DNA from: Mobula hypostoma
Taxonomy: Eukaryota
Length of the DNA stretch: 64,000 nt
NCBI RefSeq assembly: GCF_963921235.1
Contig: NC_086107.1
Coordinates: 103,914,001 to 103,978,000 of the forward strand
Direction of reading: 5' to 3'
Under the pieces are notes generated by a model, which saw only the letters and a program-made list of their open reading frames with translations, did no database searches and had not been told where the DNA came from. Numbering within the stretch: position 1 is the first letter of the stretch; each line of letters begins with the position of its first letter. Shown in pieces: positions 23,621-37,200 of this stretch. A program made the translations under genes and the position numbers.

Positions 23621-25749
23621 AGAGCATGTGACGCTAGTTGTTGTGTTTTGAAGTCTTCACATACCTGGTGTACACCTCAGTATTTAGATAGTAAACAGGT
23701 AAAATAATAATACTATTTAGAAATTATGGTACTTTTCAATTGTCTTTTTAAAAAATTAATAATTTTTGAACAGGTTTTCTATAATGCTTCGTTTATTTCG
23801 GTCCGTCCCCGTTATACTTTTATTAACAGTAAAACAATGAACACGTGTAAATAAGCAATAGAACTCATCATTTTTCTTTTTTTAAAAAGTCCATAATTAT
23901 TGTTATTAATCCATTAACCTATGATAATCTCTGCTCAGAATTACCATGGCACGTGAGCAAATTTTTAATTGCTGATTTGGGCTCGGTCTCAAAAGGGTTC
24001 ACCGTCCCAATCTGTGCCATCTCTACCACGTCTCTATCCGCTCCTTCAGAGCAGATTTACCCACTGGCATGTCTCTGTCACCCTCTTCTAGGAGATCACT
24101 GCACAATGTTCGCTGTCTTTCACCTTTCTTGGGTCCCTACTGTAGGAAGAATCGGTGTTATCACAAGCATCGCTTTGCTTCCCACTCTACCTCTATGTCC
24201 AGCATTCCCTCTAATTGTTTTTTTACAGCTACATGGACCAACCATTGCTCTGAGAAGGAAATTTTCACACGGCCTGAAAGTTCCATGGCATTTTAATATT
24301 AGCATCATATTTTTAAAAAAGGGAAATTCCAGCTGCGTGGCAATGAAGGCTATGTGTGTGGGAGCATTTCTGTTACTGCACGGCCACGCAGAGTGAAAAG
24401 TGTTCTAAGCCCAGTCTGTCTCTGTCCTCCTATGTACTCCTCCATGGACCCTTCCCCATCCCTTGATTCTTTCCCCACTGTTTGCCTCTCCCTCCACCTT
24501 TTGTGGTATCTATTCATCAGCAGGTATGTACCTCTCCTGCCTCTCATTAAGTGTATATTGTCTGGTGTCTCCACTCTTTTCAGTGAGTTATTTGTGCAAA
24601 GACTGGTGAAACTGACCACCTCTCTCATGGCTATTTTTATTCACAGTTGTCTTTCAGTTCCTTCTGTGTCCCTGGGGATGTGCGGCTGAAGTACTCACTT
24701 ACTGGTAAAAGAACCCCAAACTAGATTCAAAGATTGAAAGTGCATTCATAATCGAAGATTGTATAAATTATTCAACCCAGAGATTTGTCTGCCTAGGGGC
24801 AGCCGCAAAGCAAGAAACCCAAAAGAACAAAATTTAAAAAAACAAAGACCAACCTCCAATGTGCAGAGAAAGAGGGAAAAAAAACCACAAATCATGCAAA
24901 CAATAAAAGCGAGCAACGACAACAGCATTCCAAACCAAGTTAAGTCCTTAGATCCAAATCCCCAGAGTAGGCCCAAAGCTTCAACATCCGTTCATCGTGT
25001 TAACGGTGCAAATCGTTGCAAAGTTCGCAGACATGAAGCACTGTAGCCGAGGGCAGTCTCGCAGCCTCAGTGCCATGGAGAGAGGAGCCCCCAGTCTATC
25101 TGGGCTGGTGTTTAAATTGTCCAAGCAGCAGATCGTACCTCACATAGGACCCATGGCGAATTGCTCCAGGTCTCGAATATGCAGCCCAGCGATCTGCTTC
25201 GGGCCTAGACTTCGCTGCCAAAGAATCCGTTCTCAACCTCTCCGAACACTCTGCTTTTCCAGTCTACCTGAGCTGGTGTTTAAACTAATTATATTGCCTT
25301 TAACATACTCCATATTCACAGTGCAGTTCATGGGAGTGTTATCAGGCAAGATTAAATAAGTGTAAGTGTAGATGGTTAAAAGATTGTGTGTCTGTGTAAA
25401 GAACATCAAGTCTCAGTAGCTAAAAGCACAGTAACTAGTGCAGGAGAGTCTAAAGTTCAGGCCAAAATTGGAAATGCGTGTACCAGTAATTGAGTACTTC
25501 AGGGCTGAGTGGGCTACAAAGGTGGGAGGGAGCATGCACAGAGAGATTTGAAACTAAGGGTGTCTATTTATTTACAAATATTTAGATACACCACGGAATA
25601 TCTACACCGCACAACAATCCCTCGATTTAATCATGGGACAATTTGACCCTTTGTCAGGCCCTCCATGGATGCTGCCTGACGTGCTGAATTCCTCCATCAT
25701 TTCTGTTTATTTATTGAGATACAACACAGAACTAGCATTTCTTGCCCTT

Positions 25750-25945
25750 TGAGCCACACCGCCCACAATCCCCAGATTTAACCCTAGCCTAAGTCACAGG
25801 ACAATTTACAATGACCAATTAACCTACCGTATGGTATAACTCAGGAGGAAACCCACGTGGTCACAGGGAGAACGTAGAAACTCCTTACAGGCAGCAGTGG
25901 GAATTGAAACCAGATCGTCTGTACTGAAAAGTGTTGTTGCTAGAA
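25750..25945 (-). mobile_element. V-SINE-like fragment
   Basis: Reverse complement of the tRNA-head/V-domain sequence (ggaggaaacccacgtggtcacaggga...ggaattgaaaccag), matching the 59030 copy. Confidence 0.6.
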
Positions 25946-26039
25946 TCAATCTAATACAAAACTTGTGCTTATGGGTGAATGTGATCTGGTGTGAAGTGTG
26001 ATAATGGAAAGGTTGACAACTGATGTTACAATGGTTAGT

Positions 26040-27750
26040 TACAGGTAACCAAAGGCTCTTAGCAGACAGCAAACTGTTGCGGTTAAAGATAGGAAATGAG
26101 TCAAAGGGGTTAATTGGTTTGTTATCAGTAGATGGTACTCAATGGTGAGAGGTCGATCCTGCTCTTCATACTGCATGCCTAGAATCAGTGATATGGGTGA
26201 GGGGACCAAATGTAATGTAAGATAGGTGGGTATGCAAGTTCTCGTGGAGTACGCAAAGAGATTGTAAATGGATTCAAACCTTTTGTGCCATTATACAGGC
26301 CTTCAGCAGTGCTGGCGATGAGGAAGGTGCAGAGGCTTCAGGGGAGTGTAGATCAGGCCATGACGTAAGGAAGAGAATTAGTCCATTCGGCCCATCGAGT
26401 CAGCTTCTCCATTCGATCATGGCTGCTTTACTTTTCCTCTCAATTCTATTCTCCAGCCTTTTCTCTGTAACCTTTGACGCCTGTACTAATCAAAGGTCTC
26501 TCAACCTCCTAGTGACTTGGTCTTCACCGCCATCTGAGCCTAAGTGAATCTGCAAGGACTTGGAAGATAGAATATAAGGTGGAAAGTAATGTGAGGTCAT
26601 CCACTTTGGTAGAAAGAAGATGGGCATGCTGTTTTTTTTAAATGATGTGAAGTTGAAAGGTGTCGATAATTCAGTGGGATTTAAGTGACCTTGTTTACAA
26701 ATCACTGAAGGTGAATATGTAGCAAGCAATCAGGAAGACAAACAGTATGTTGGTCTTTGTTGGAAGAGATTTTGAGTATGGGAGCAGTGTAGCCTCAGTT
26801 GTAGCAAGAACTAGGCCTCAATCCTCAAGTTTGCCTGCTGCTGCCGGCCAGGTGAGGGACGCAGAAACACGGCAGCAGAGTTGAACTTAGCTGGGCCTGG
26901 TCTTGCCTGTCAGTGCTGCCTCTAGTGTTCGAGCAGTGGAATGACAGGCTGGATTGCATGCGTCTGTACACTGCCAGGAGACTACCATCGATTTCTGGAT
27001 ACTGTCGTTCAGAATCTTGGACTATGTATGTTTTTTGAGTTAGTATGCTTCTTTGATTGATATTTTGAATTATGTTATTTGCTATTTTTGAATGTTTGGC
27101 TGCTATTTTGAATGTTTTGCACCTTAGCCCCAGAGGAACACTCTCGTTCGGTTGTATCTATGTATGGTTTGAATGATGATTAAATTTGATTTGAGTATGA
27201 GAAAAAATATTGCTCCATTTACAGTATATAGATACCTGGGGTGTTATGTTCAGGTCCAGTTTTTCTGTCTAAGGATGCACCTGCAGAAAAGATTTAGCAG
27301 AATCATTTCTAGGTTGACAAATCTGTGCTATGAGGGACCATACTGTGATACTGTGTACATATTTTAGTAGAGAGTTTTAAAGGATTGGAGGCAATCTTAA
27401 AAGTTCTCCTGAGCTTGTTAGAGTAGGCCCAGAAGCTGATGGCTTCCCAGGTTTTGCATGTTTGGAATCAAGGATCACAGTCTCAAAATAAGGAGGAAGC
27501 TGTTAAGGACAGAGTTGAATAAAACAAAAATCTTCATCCCCAGATACAGCCGGAGGGAGGTGAATCTATGTTATTTATGGCCACAGGCGGCTGAGGAAGC
27601 CAAGTCACTGGGTGTATTTGAAGTGGAGCTTGCTAGACGCTTGATTTATGAGGACATCCTAGGTTATGCGAGAAGGCTGGAGAATACGGTAGTAATAAAT
27701 CAGCCAGGAGCAGACTCGATGGGCCGAATGGCCTGATTCTGCTCTGACTT
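26040..27750 (+). mobile_element. Highly degenerate CR1 LINE fragments with secondary insertions
   Basis: CEVIHFG-like (tgtgaggtcatccactttgg, 26590), HSLKIRRKLLRTE, AKSLGVF, and the CR1 tail gatgggccgaatggcctgattctgctc. Confidence 0.65.
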
Positions 27751-28045
27751 GTGGTAGATAATCTAACCATGAGGCCTGTGGAGGCTCAGTCGCTGAGACA
27801 CACAGATCAATTGATTTTTTTCATAGGAAGGGAATCAAAAGATTCAGAATTAGCACAAGAAAGTGGTGCTGAGGTAAAAGACCATCCGTGCTTTTATAAA
27901 CGAGGGATCAAATGACTTGCTAATATTAGTCAGTATCATTGTTATGGAGAGCACAGAATTCTTAGTTTGTGTTGCGGAGGTTGTTTCTTACCAGTAGCTA
28001 GCAGCTCCAACGAGAAACAAGAGCAATTCTTGATTTAGTTAGGTA

Positions 28046-28610
28046 ACACACACAAAATGCTGGAGGAACTCAGCAGGCCAGGCAGCATCTATGGAAAAGA
28101 GTAAACAGTCGGTGTTTCGGGCCGAGACCCTTCATCAGGGCTGGAGAAAGAGGATGAGGAGTCAGAGTAAGAAGGTGGGGGGAGGGAAGGAAGAATCACA
28201 AGGTGAAAGGTGAAACCAGGAGAGGAGGGGCCTGAAGTGGAGCTGGGAAGTTGATTGATGAAAGAGATACAGCTGGAGAAGGGGGAATCTATTAGGAGAG
28301 GACAGAAGGCCGCAGAGAAAAGGAAAGTGGTGGGAGGGGGAACACCAGAGGGAGGCAATGGGCAGGCAAGGAGATAAGGTGTCAGAGGGAAATGGAAATG
28401 GGGAATGGTGAAGATTCGGGGGCATACTGGAAGTTCGAGAAATCGATGTCCATCCATCAGGGTGGAGGCTACCCAGCTGGAATATAAGATGTTGCGCCTC
28501 CAACCTGAGTGTGGCCTCATCATGACAGTAGATGAGGCCCTGGATGGACATGTCGGAAGGCTATGTTGGGTGTCACTGATGTACAAGAGGCCACACCAGG
28601 AGCACAGAGT
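28046..28610 (-). mobile_element. Penelope 3' fragment (GIY-YIG end + pLTR)
   Basis: MSIQGLIYCHDEATLRLEAQHLIFQLGSLHPDG. Hammerhead core ctgatgaagggtctcggcccgaaa present, but stem III/cleavage site mutated. Confidence 0.85.
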
Positions 28611-28847
28611 CTTAGGGAGTGAGGCTTGACAGGTAGAAGATGTTTTAATGGGGGAGCACTTTGCTGGTAGTGATTGTAATTAGATTTAGAAAAATAGGTG
28701 TAATGGTACAAGGTTGGCAGGAAGCCAATGTTACTGGACTTAGAAGTGATCTCATAAAAGTGGTCCAACAACAGACACTTGAAGTTAAATCAGTCTCGAA
28801 GCAATGGGAGGAACTTATTAAACAGATGTGAGATATTCAGGTTGTAT

Positions 28848-29180
28848 GTTCCTAGTGGAAGACCAGATTGAGGAGGCGTATGAATGTAAGAAAGCCAAAT
28901 GCCAGGAGCTGATAGAGCAGTGCCAAAGACAGGGGTGAGGGGCAGAGTGTGAGCCTGTAGAGGTAGAGTGTAGATGTTTTGCTGGCTGCTCACTCTGCAG
29001 AATCTACTCTCCTCGGCATTAACCAGGGTTGCAAAGAAAAGAGCCATCAGGACCGTCACACAGCCTGCTGGGTTGATGCCTGATCAACCCTGGCTGGGTC
29101 GCCTGGGCAAGAGTGTCTGATGTTGAAAGACCCAAACCACCCAAAGACCCCAGATTACATGACTGACTATGTGTCCCAGC
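28848..29180 (+). mobile_element. HERO/NeSL-like non-LTR retrotransposon 3' fragment (restriction-like endonuclease domain)
   Basis: Frameshifted translation VP/WEDQIEEAYECKKAKCQELIEQCQRQG*GAECEPVEVECRCFAGCSLCR resembles the ELTVPWE...RKxxKY...EVGCRG RLE signature. Confidence 0.7.
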
Positions 29181-30089
29181 CTAGGAAGTATCTTAGCATG
29201 GAAAACAGTGTGGGACTGCCTTATCTACGCATGACAAGTGTCTAGGGCACAGGATAGGTTCATAAAGAGGAGCTTTTGCCAGGTACCAAGAGCCTAGTAC
29301 AATAGAAAACCTGAAGGGTTATGCAAAGTGTAACAGAGAGCGAAGTGGTTATTACTCAGGATGCAAAGCAGCATAAAAATCACAAATTAAATGCAGGATG
29401 CAAAGCTGCATACAAATCACAAATATAAATACATAAGATTATCTTATATACAATAGACTAATTGTAGGTACATAAAGGGATGCTGGGCATGGGAGTATCT
29501 GTACATAAAGTGACTGACAGGAAATGATAAACTAGTGGAGAGGTATGGGAGCAAATAGGAAAGCAGAGAGAGGGTTTTTTAATTAAGCTATGAAAATAGA
29601 GACAAGGAGACATTTACAGTAACAAAGCATTTGGGTTCCTAATGAGTCTTTCATTCTTTGGAAATCTCTCTCTAGCGGGAGGTACCATAAACTGGGTGGT
29701 AGAAACAAACAAGAGACGTCAACGATTTACTCTTTCCATAGATGCTGCCTGGCCTTCTGAGTTCCTCTGGCATTTTGTTTGTGTTGGTAAGAACTCAGAA
29801 ACTGGTTTAATCTCCTCCCAGCAAGGATGCAGTGAACACAAGGCAGACTGTGCTTGCTGAAGCTTAAAGTCATGTCTCTACTGGCTGTTATTGCCACATG
29901 ACACGGGAAAGAGCAGAGGTTCTCAAGCGAGAAATTCCTTCATTTTAGAAACTTCTTCTCACTAACCCAATCAATAAAAAAAACCTGTGTGTTTGAAAAG
30001 TGCTCTCGAAATATGTTTCCTTTCCTGTTTTGTAGGGACTGAAACATTTGATAATTGACAAATCTTTGGGGCAGAGGGACCCCACTCCT

Positions 30090-30555
30090 CCTCCTCCATT
30101 CCCCATTCCTGTTTCCCTTTCTCACCTTATCTCCTTAGCTGTTCATCACCTCCCTCTTGTGCTCCTCCTCCTTCCCTTTCTTTCATAATCTTTTGTCCTC
30201 TCCAGTCAGGTCCCCCCCTCCTCCAGCCCTTTATCTCTTCCACCAATCAGCATCCCGGGAAGTGGGTGAGAGAGGGTCTTACTGAACTCCCATTGATGAG
30301 AAGATTTAAACTTCTTCAGGGTAGGCATTTTGATGAGAGTTCAGTCTCTCTCTTGCGATCTCTGCTGCTCTCCTTCTCTTTGACTGTGTACTTACCCATC
30401 ACCTTCTAGCTAGTCCTTTTTTCCATTCCCCTCCCCCACCTATTTATTCCCCTCCCACTTCCTGAACAAGGGTCTTGGCCCAAAACGTCGACTATTTATT
30501 CATTTCCATGGATGCTGCCAGACCTGCTGAGTTCCTCCAGCATTTTGTGTGTGTT
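30090..30555 (+). mobile_element. Old Penelope pLTR fragment
   Basis: cctgaacaagggtcttggcccaaaacgtcgac...gatgctgccagacctgctgagttcctccagcattttgtgtgtg; hammerhead core decayed. Confidence 0.7.
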
Positions 30556-31053
30556 ATTTTAGAAAGGAGTTGAAAGAATACAAAGGAGATTTAAGCAGAA
30601 AGATGAGCTCCTTCTTGGTATAGAGAAAGCCAAGCGATACTTAGTTGAAATACGTAATATTTAAAGTCATAGTACGTTGGAAGGGCCCAGTGGTGGGGGG
30701 GGGGAGGGTTCAAAAATTAGATAATATAGCTTTAAAGTAATTATTAGAAAGATAAAGAAAGAGTTTTTCATTGGAGGTTGGCAGGAATCTGGAACTCATT
30801 GCCAAGAATTATGTTCGAGAATGAAACCTTATACTTGGATGTGTTCCTATCATTGACTGACATGGTGTGATCTTGGTACTGAGATACTTCTCTGCTTTTA
30901 GAAGATAGTGCCAGTGGAATTTTCCACTGCTGTAATGAGGCACCTCAGATGTTGGGATTCTAGATCACGCATTGCATTTTACCTCCCTCCCCCCAGCTAG
31001 TTGCTTGAAAGCTCGCCGCCACCCGGCTGCATCTCCTTCACGTTTGACCTCTA

Positions 31054-31240
31054 ATGGGAAAGAGCAAGACGGACTCCCAGAGTGTCATTGCAACTGAGTC
31101 CAGCACGGGGCTGGTGCTGGAGCAGCCTCACAGACCGGCATGGGGGAACAAGCTGCAGTATATCCTGGCCCAGGTGGGGTTCTCTGTGGGACTTGGAAAC
31201 GTCTGGAGGTTCCCGTATCTCTGCCACCAGAATGGAGGTG
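31054..31240 (+). CDS. SLC6 transporter coding exon 1 (TM1)
   Basis: ATG 31054, ...[12 protein letters not shown]; donor G|gtaagt. Upstream acceptor cctccccccag (ending 30996) implies a 5'UTR exon further upstream. Confidence 0.92.
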
Positions 31241-34200
31241 GTAAGTAGCCTGTTACTTGCTTATTCTATGCTCCTCTCTAACTGATGACCTGTTGGACGA
31301 TTCATGCTTCCCATCACAGTTCTTCTATGGAAACAGCTCACCTCAGTCTAATTCAGAAGCTATTCAGTCATGGCACTCAACTGCCCGCAATACACTAGCT
31401 GAAACTAACCCTTCAGTGGGTCATAGATTCGTGGATAGGTTCTTGGATTGGAAATCTACAAAATACACTCGGCTAACTTTTCACTGGTGTGGCACTACAC
31501 CTTTCAGGGAAATAATTCCTAGTTGCAGGGAGGTGGATGAAACAGCAGGCAGAGTCAGGGATGGGGGATGGGTGTCTACATCACCTTCCAGTCTGCGCAG
31601 TGGTAGAATCACAAACCCTCAGCACCTGAATATCTACTTGGAAGAACTGCAGGACTCTGAGCGAAGGTAGGATCAGGTTGACAGTAGAGACATGAGGGAA
31701 TCAATAGTCACTTCTGTGTTTAACTTTGCAATGCTTCTTGTTACGTACCCCGTAACTGGGTTGCCAAACCAGCAGAAATGGATCACTCAGTTGGAGTCTG
31801 GAGTACTAGAACTAAGAAAGTTTTATTAAAGAAACAAGCAACACATTAATCGAAAGGATAATAAATGCAACAGTTCAGCGATGATAAACGCACATGTGCA
31901 CAGAATTAAGATAACAGCATCAATCAAGCTCTATCGTTGTCTAGGGGTAAATGACCAATTTCAAAATGACTCAAAGTTCAGTCCAGTTAGTAGTTCAGTT
32001 CGCAGTAATCGTTGCCATGGCGATGGACAAGGTGGGGGAAGAGAGACATAGAATAGGAACAACTGATCATTCAGAACACGGCTTCACTCACAGACCAGCG
32101 AGATGGCTCACAAATAGCTTTTGGGCGGGTCCTTGGTGATGTCACCTGAGGTCACCGACTGTGACCCCTCCTCCAGATGCGGTCGATCCTCTGCAGTGAA
32201 CCCGGCACCCAGGCAAGGGCGGACACACACCGAGTTCCCGCTGATCGTACCTTTCCACCCTGGTCGTTGTCTGGTACTTCTCACCCACTCGTGAGAAGCG
32301 TACCGCTTCCAGGGTCTCGTTACCTCAGGTGGCGTGTGTCCCTGTCTTAGCGAACCTGTCCCTTTTTATCCCCCTGCTGGGGTATCGCCTGTCCATCACT
32401 TCAAACAGTTCAGGGTTCAAAGGGGGGAGCCGCTCCAGACAGCTCTCTCTCCCACATCCCTTCATTACACATCTCCAGACGCTGCTCCATTGTTCCTTAT
32501 CTCTCCTTCCCCTGAGGGCAGGTGGCAGACCAACTGCTGATGCCACTGATGCTAGCCCAGGCCAGCAAACATCTTAATTTTATGTGTATTCTCGTAACAT
32601 TCTAAACACCAGGCTGAAGATAGGGGGAGATCTCCGTCCAAGTTGCACACCTACCTGAGCTGGAAATAAATTGTCACAAGTCTGAATCCTTAATGTCCCT
32701 ATCCAATAGTCCAGTAGGAGCACCTTCACCACGAGGATTGCAACAGTTCAAGAAAGCAGCTCAATACCAACTCAAGGGAAATTGAAGATTGGCAATGGAT
32801 GCTCGCCTTGTCAGTAACATCCAGCTGCTGAGAGATAAGGAAGTACCTTCTGCCGAGTGGGGGACAAACCCAATAAGAGATACCTCCTTTTTTGAAAGCT
32901 TGCTTAGTGCCCAAATATTATTTTAGCCAGGGAACTTTATGAAGTGTATTCACTTCTGTAATGGTGGAACTGCAACAGCCAGTTTATCCACACAGAGGTA
33001 ATAGAACAAGATGCATCATGTGTCAAACCTTGGAGGAGGATGAGGCCGTTTCGTCCCTTGAGCCCACCCTGCCATTCAATTGAACAATGTCTTATAGGGG
33101 CATAGAGCTGAAACAGACCATTTGCCTCACTGCGTCCATGAGGACCTGATGCCTCTCCAAGTTTCATCCCGTGTGCCTGCATTAGTCCTGTATCCCTCTA
33201 TCCCTTTCCTACCTGTCTAAATTTTAAATATTGTTACAGATATTTGCTCTATATTCCCAGTATCTTAAGACTTCATTTCTGAACCTTGGAAGGTCCAGAA
33301 GACCACCAGAGTGAGTTCACAACTATCAGCGCCCTTTGACGACATACTTCCTGACGTCACACCTATGCAGCCTGGTTCTAACAGGGTTGAACTCCCCGAT
33401 TAGAATCTCCCAAACCAGTCCCCGCCAAAGGAAATATTTCTCTCTCTGCCCCTTAAGTCTGATTCACTGAAATGTCCTACTGCTGCCGCCAAAGGGAAGG
33501 AGATATCGAAGCCTTAGGTCTCAAAGTACCGGGTTCAGGAATAGTTGTGACCCGTCAACCATCAGGTTCCTGAACCAGTGTGGATAACTTCACTCACCAC
33601 AACTCTAAACTCATTCCATGACCTACAGACTCACTTTGAGACTCTGCAACTCATGTTTTCAGTAGTATTTATTTATTTGTGGGCCATCCATTTATTTATT
33701 ATTGTTTATTATTTGTTATTTATCGTTATTATTTATTTTATTTATTATTTGGGACCCGCTCTCAGGGCCTCACAACTGGCCACTTTTTGATATCCCAAGG
33801 ACATGACCTGGAAGACTAGCACGCCTTCAGGGTGCTAGATTTTCGTGGCTCTGGAGACGGGCTGATTCAGGGCCGGTGCCCTGGCTGAGGCATTGCGGGA
33901 GAATATGTAACATTGGGAGTAGCGGGTTAGCTGCCCGCTGTGTGTCCAGAGACCTGAGCCTTTCTGGGCACAGAGCTCGGAAAAAGCAACGCAACAGACT
34001 TTTAACATCTTAAATCAGCAAATTGTTTGTTATATCTCCCCTCTTGCTGTGAAACGGGGATACCTCTTTTTCCCTTATTAGGGAGAGAGAGAGCCTGTGG
34101 TATGTTGAGTTAGCAGGTGAACAAGTATTCTTAGGGGTACTGCAAGCCTGTGTCTTTATTGATGTTTTGCTGCACGCTTGAGTGCTCGGATGAGGGTGCT

Positions 34201-37200
34201 GATGCTTTTTTTGCTGATGGGACGGGGGGTTCGTTGTCTTGCTTATGCTTGTGCGTGGCAGGAGGGAGCTGGGGGGGGGTCTTTGGGGTTCTAATGTTTT
34301 AATTGTCATTCATTCCTTGGGGCACTCCTCTGTTTTCGTGGATGTTTGCGAAGAAAAAAGATTTCAGGATGTATATTGCATACATTTCTCTGACATTAAA
34401 TGTGCCCATTGAATCTATTTATCTATTTCTGGATTTTTTTAATATTTGGGCAGTTTATCTTCCTTCATACATTGGTTGTTTGTCAGTTTTTGTGCGTAGT
34501 TTTCATAAAACCATAAAATATAGGAACAGAGTTAGGCCACGTGGCCAATTGAATCTGCTCACCATTTCATCATGGCTGATCCATTTTCCCTCTCAGCCCC
34601 AATCTCCGCCTTCTCCCCGTATCCCTTCATGCCCTGACTAATCAAGAACCTATCAACCTCTGCCTTAAGAATGCCCAATGACTTGACTTCCACAGTTACC
34701 TGTGGCCACAAATTCCACAGATTCACCATTCTCTGGCTAAAGAAATTCCTCTTCATCTCCGTTTTAAAAGGACACACCTCTATTCTGAGGCTGTGTTCTC
34801 TGGTTTTAGACTCCCCCACCTTTGGAAGTATCCTCTCCACATCCACTCTTATCGAGGCCTTTCAACAAGTTTCAGTGAGGTCACCTCTCATTCTTCTGAA
34901 TTCCAGTGAGTAGAGGCCCAGAACCATCAAACATTCCTCATATGACAAACCTTTCATTGCCAGAGTCATTTTCGTGAACCTCCTCTGAACCCTCTCCAAT
35001 GTCACCACATTCTTTCTTAGATAAGGGGCTCAAAACAGCTCACAATACTCCCAAGTGAGGCCTCACCAGTGCTTTATAGTCTTAACTGTACATCCTTGCT
35101 TTCATGTTATAATCCTCTCAAAATGAATTCTAACATTACATTTTCCTTCCTCTTGACCTGCAAATTAACCTTTAAGGAATCTTGCACAAGGACTTCCAAA
35201 TCCCTTTGTGCCCCATATTTTTGAATTTTCTCTCCATTTAGAAAATAGTCCATACTTTTGCTTCTTCTACCAAGGTGCATGACACCTCCCAACATGTCAT
35301 TCTATCTGCCACTTCTTTGCCTATTCTCCTAATCTGTCCAAGTCCTTCTGTAGCATCTCTTCTTTCTCAAAATTACCTGCCCCTCCACCTATCTTCATAT
35401 CGTCTGCAGATTGATGCAAAGTCATCAATTCTGTCATCCAAATCACTGACATATAATGTAAAAAGAAGGGGTTCCAGTACAGACCCCTGTGAAACACCAC
35501 TAGTCACCGTCAGCCAACAAGAAAAGACTCCCTTTATACTCACTTTTTGTCTCCTGCCAATCAGCCAATGCTCTATTCATGCTTGTACCTTTCCTGTAAT
35601 ACTATGGGCTCTGAACTTGTTAAGCAGCCTCATGTATGGCACCTTGTCAAAGGCTGTCTGAAAATCCAAGTACACAACATCCACAAATTCTCCTTTGTTT
35701 ATCTTGCTTGTTATTACTCCAAAGAATTCCAACAGATCTGTCAGACAAGATTTTCCCTTAAGGAAACCATGCTGACTACGACTTGTGCCTCGAAGTGCAC
35801 CAAAACCACATCCTTAATAATTGACTCCAACGTCTTCTCAACCACTGAGGTCAGACAACTGGCCTATAATTTTCTTTGATTCTATTGTATTTATGTTTTT
35901 GCCCGCAAAAAAACAAATCTCAGGGTAGTATATGGTGATATATATGTACTTTGAAAATAAACTTATGTTGAAATTTGAACTCTGAACTGTGTTCAGAGGA
36001 CAGCAAGATACGTATGTGCAAAGCTGTCTTTGTCAGTGAAACCTGTGGACACAGACCTAATCAACAAAATGTAATTCTTGCAGGAGCGTTCCTTTTCCTC
36101 TATCTACTTCTGCTTGTGGTGATGGGAATCCCGCTGTTTTTCCTGGAACTGGCAGCAGGGCAGAGCATCCGCCAGGGCAGCATTGGAGTCTGGAAGCACA
36201 TTGACCCAAAGCTGGCTGGCATTGGATTTGCCAGTTGTGTGGTGAGTGAGAAGGTGGGGGGAGGATGGTGAAGGAACGCCTGCAGGGCCAGATATAGAGG
36301 AAGAGGGCGCAGTGCATGTCAGTGAAATTGGAATTACATGTACTAAGATGCAGTGAAAAGCTTGTCTTACAAACAGTTCATACAGATCAAGTCATCACAT
36401 AGCACATTGAGGCAAAACAGTCTTCAATAAACTTTAACAGTTACGGAGAAAGTACAGTGCAGGTAAACAATGTACAAGATTATAACAAGACAGATTGTGA
36501 AGTCAAGAGTCCATCTTATCCTAGGGAACCATTCAATAGACCTAAATGTCCTTGAGCCTGGTGGTACATGCTTTCAGGCTTTTGTGTCTTCTGCCTGATG
36601 GGAGAATATCCTGGGTGGTTGGATTCTTTGATTGTGCCGGCTGCTTTACTGAGGCAACAAGAAGTGTTGACAGAGTCCATAGAGGGGAGGCTGGTTTCCA
36701 TCATTTGTTGAGCTGTGTCTGAAACATTTTTGCAGTTTCCTGCAGTCATGGGCAGAGCCTTTGCCGTACGAAGTGCACTCTACATCTAGACCAGGGATTC
36801 CCAATCTGGGGTCCACGGGCCCCTTGCTTGATGGTGTTGGTTCATGGCATAAAAAAGGTTGGAAACCCCTGATCCAGACAGAATACTTTCTATGGTGGAC
36901 TGATAAAAATGGTAAAGGTCAATGGGAACCTTTCAGCTTCCTGAGGAAATAGAGAGTGGAGACAGGGTCAGTTGGTATGAGGTAACTGGGGTGGGAGGGG
37001 TAACTGCAACGTTCCAGGGAGTATGATGGGGTGGGGATGGAAGGGTACAGATGTGGATAGTGAGATTGCTCTGTGAGACCCCCAAGACTGACATCTGCTT
37101 TACTTGTTGCCTCTGCCTCCACAGGTCTGTGCCTTTGTCTCACTCTACTATAATGTCATCATTGCCTGGAGTCTCTTCTACTTTGGTCACTCTTTCCAGT

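Noticed and set aside
22226..23631. 456-aa Cys/Pro repeat protein
   Set aside because: Product of a stop-free 37-bp minisatellite, giving the same peptide in all three frames; no gene structure evidence.
31257..31670. 137-aa ORF just after coding exon 1, and 248-aa minus ORF at 59746-60492
   Set aside because: Non-ATG starts, no recognisable domain, and the first lies inside an intron; treated as chance ORFs.
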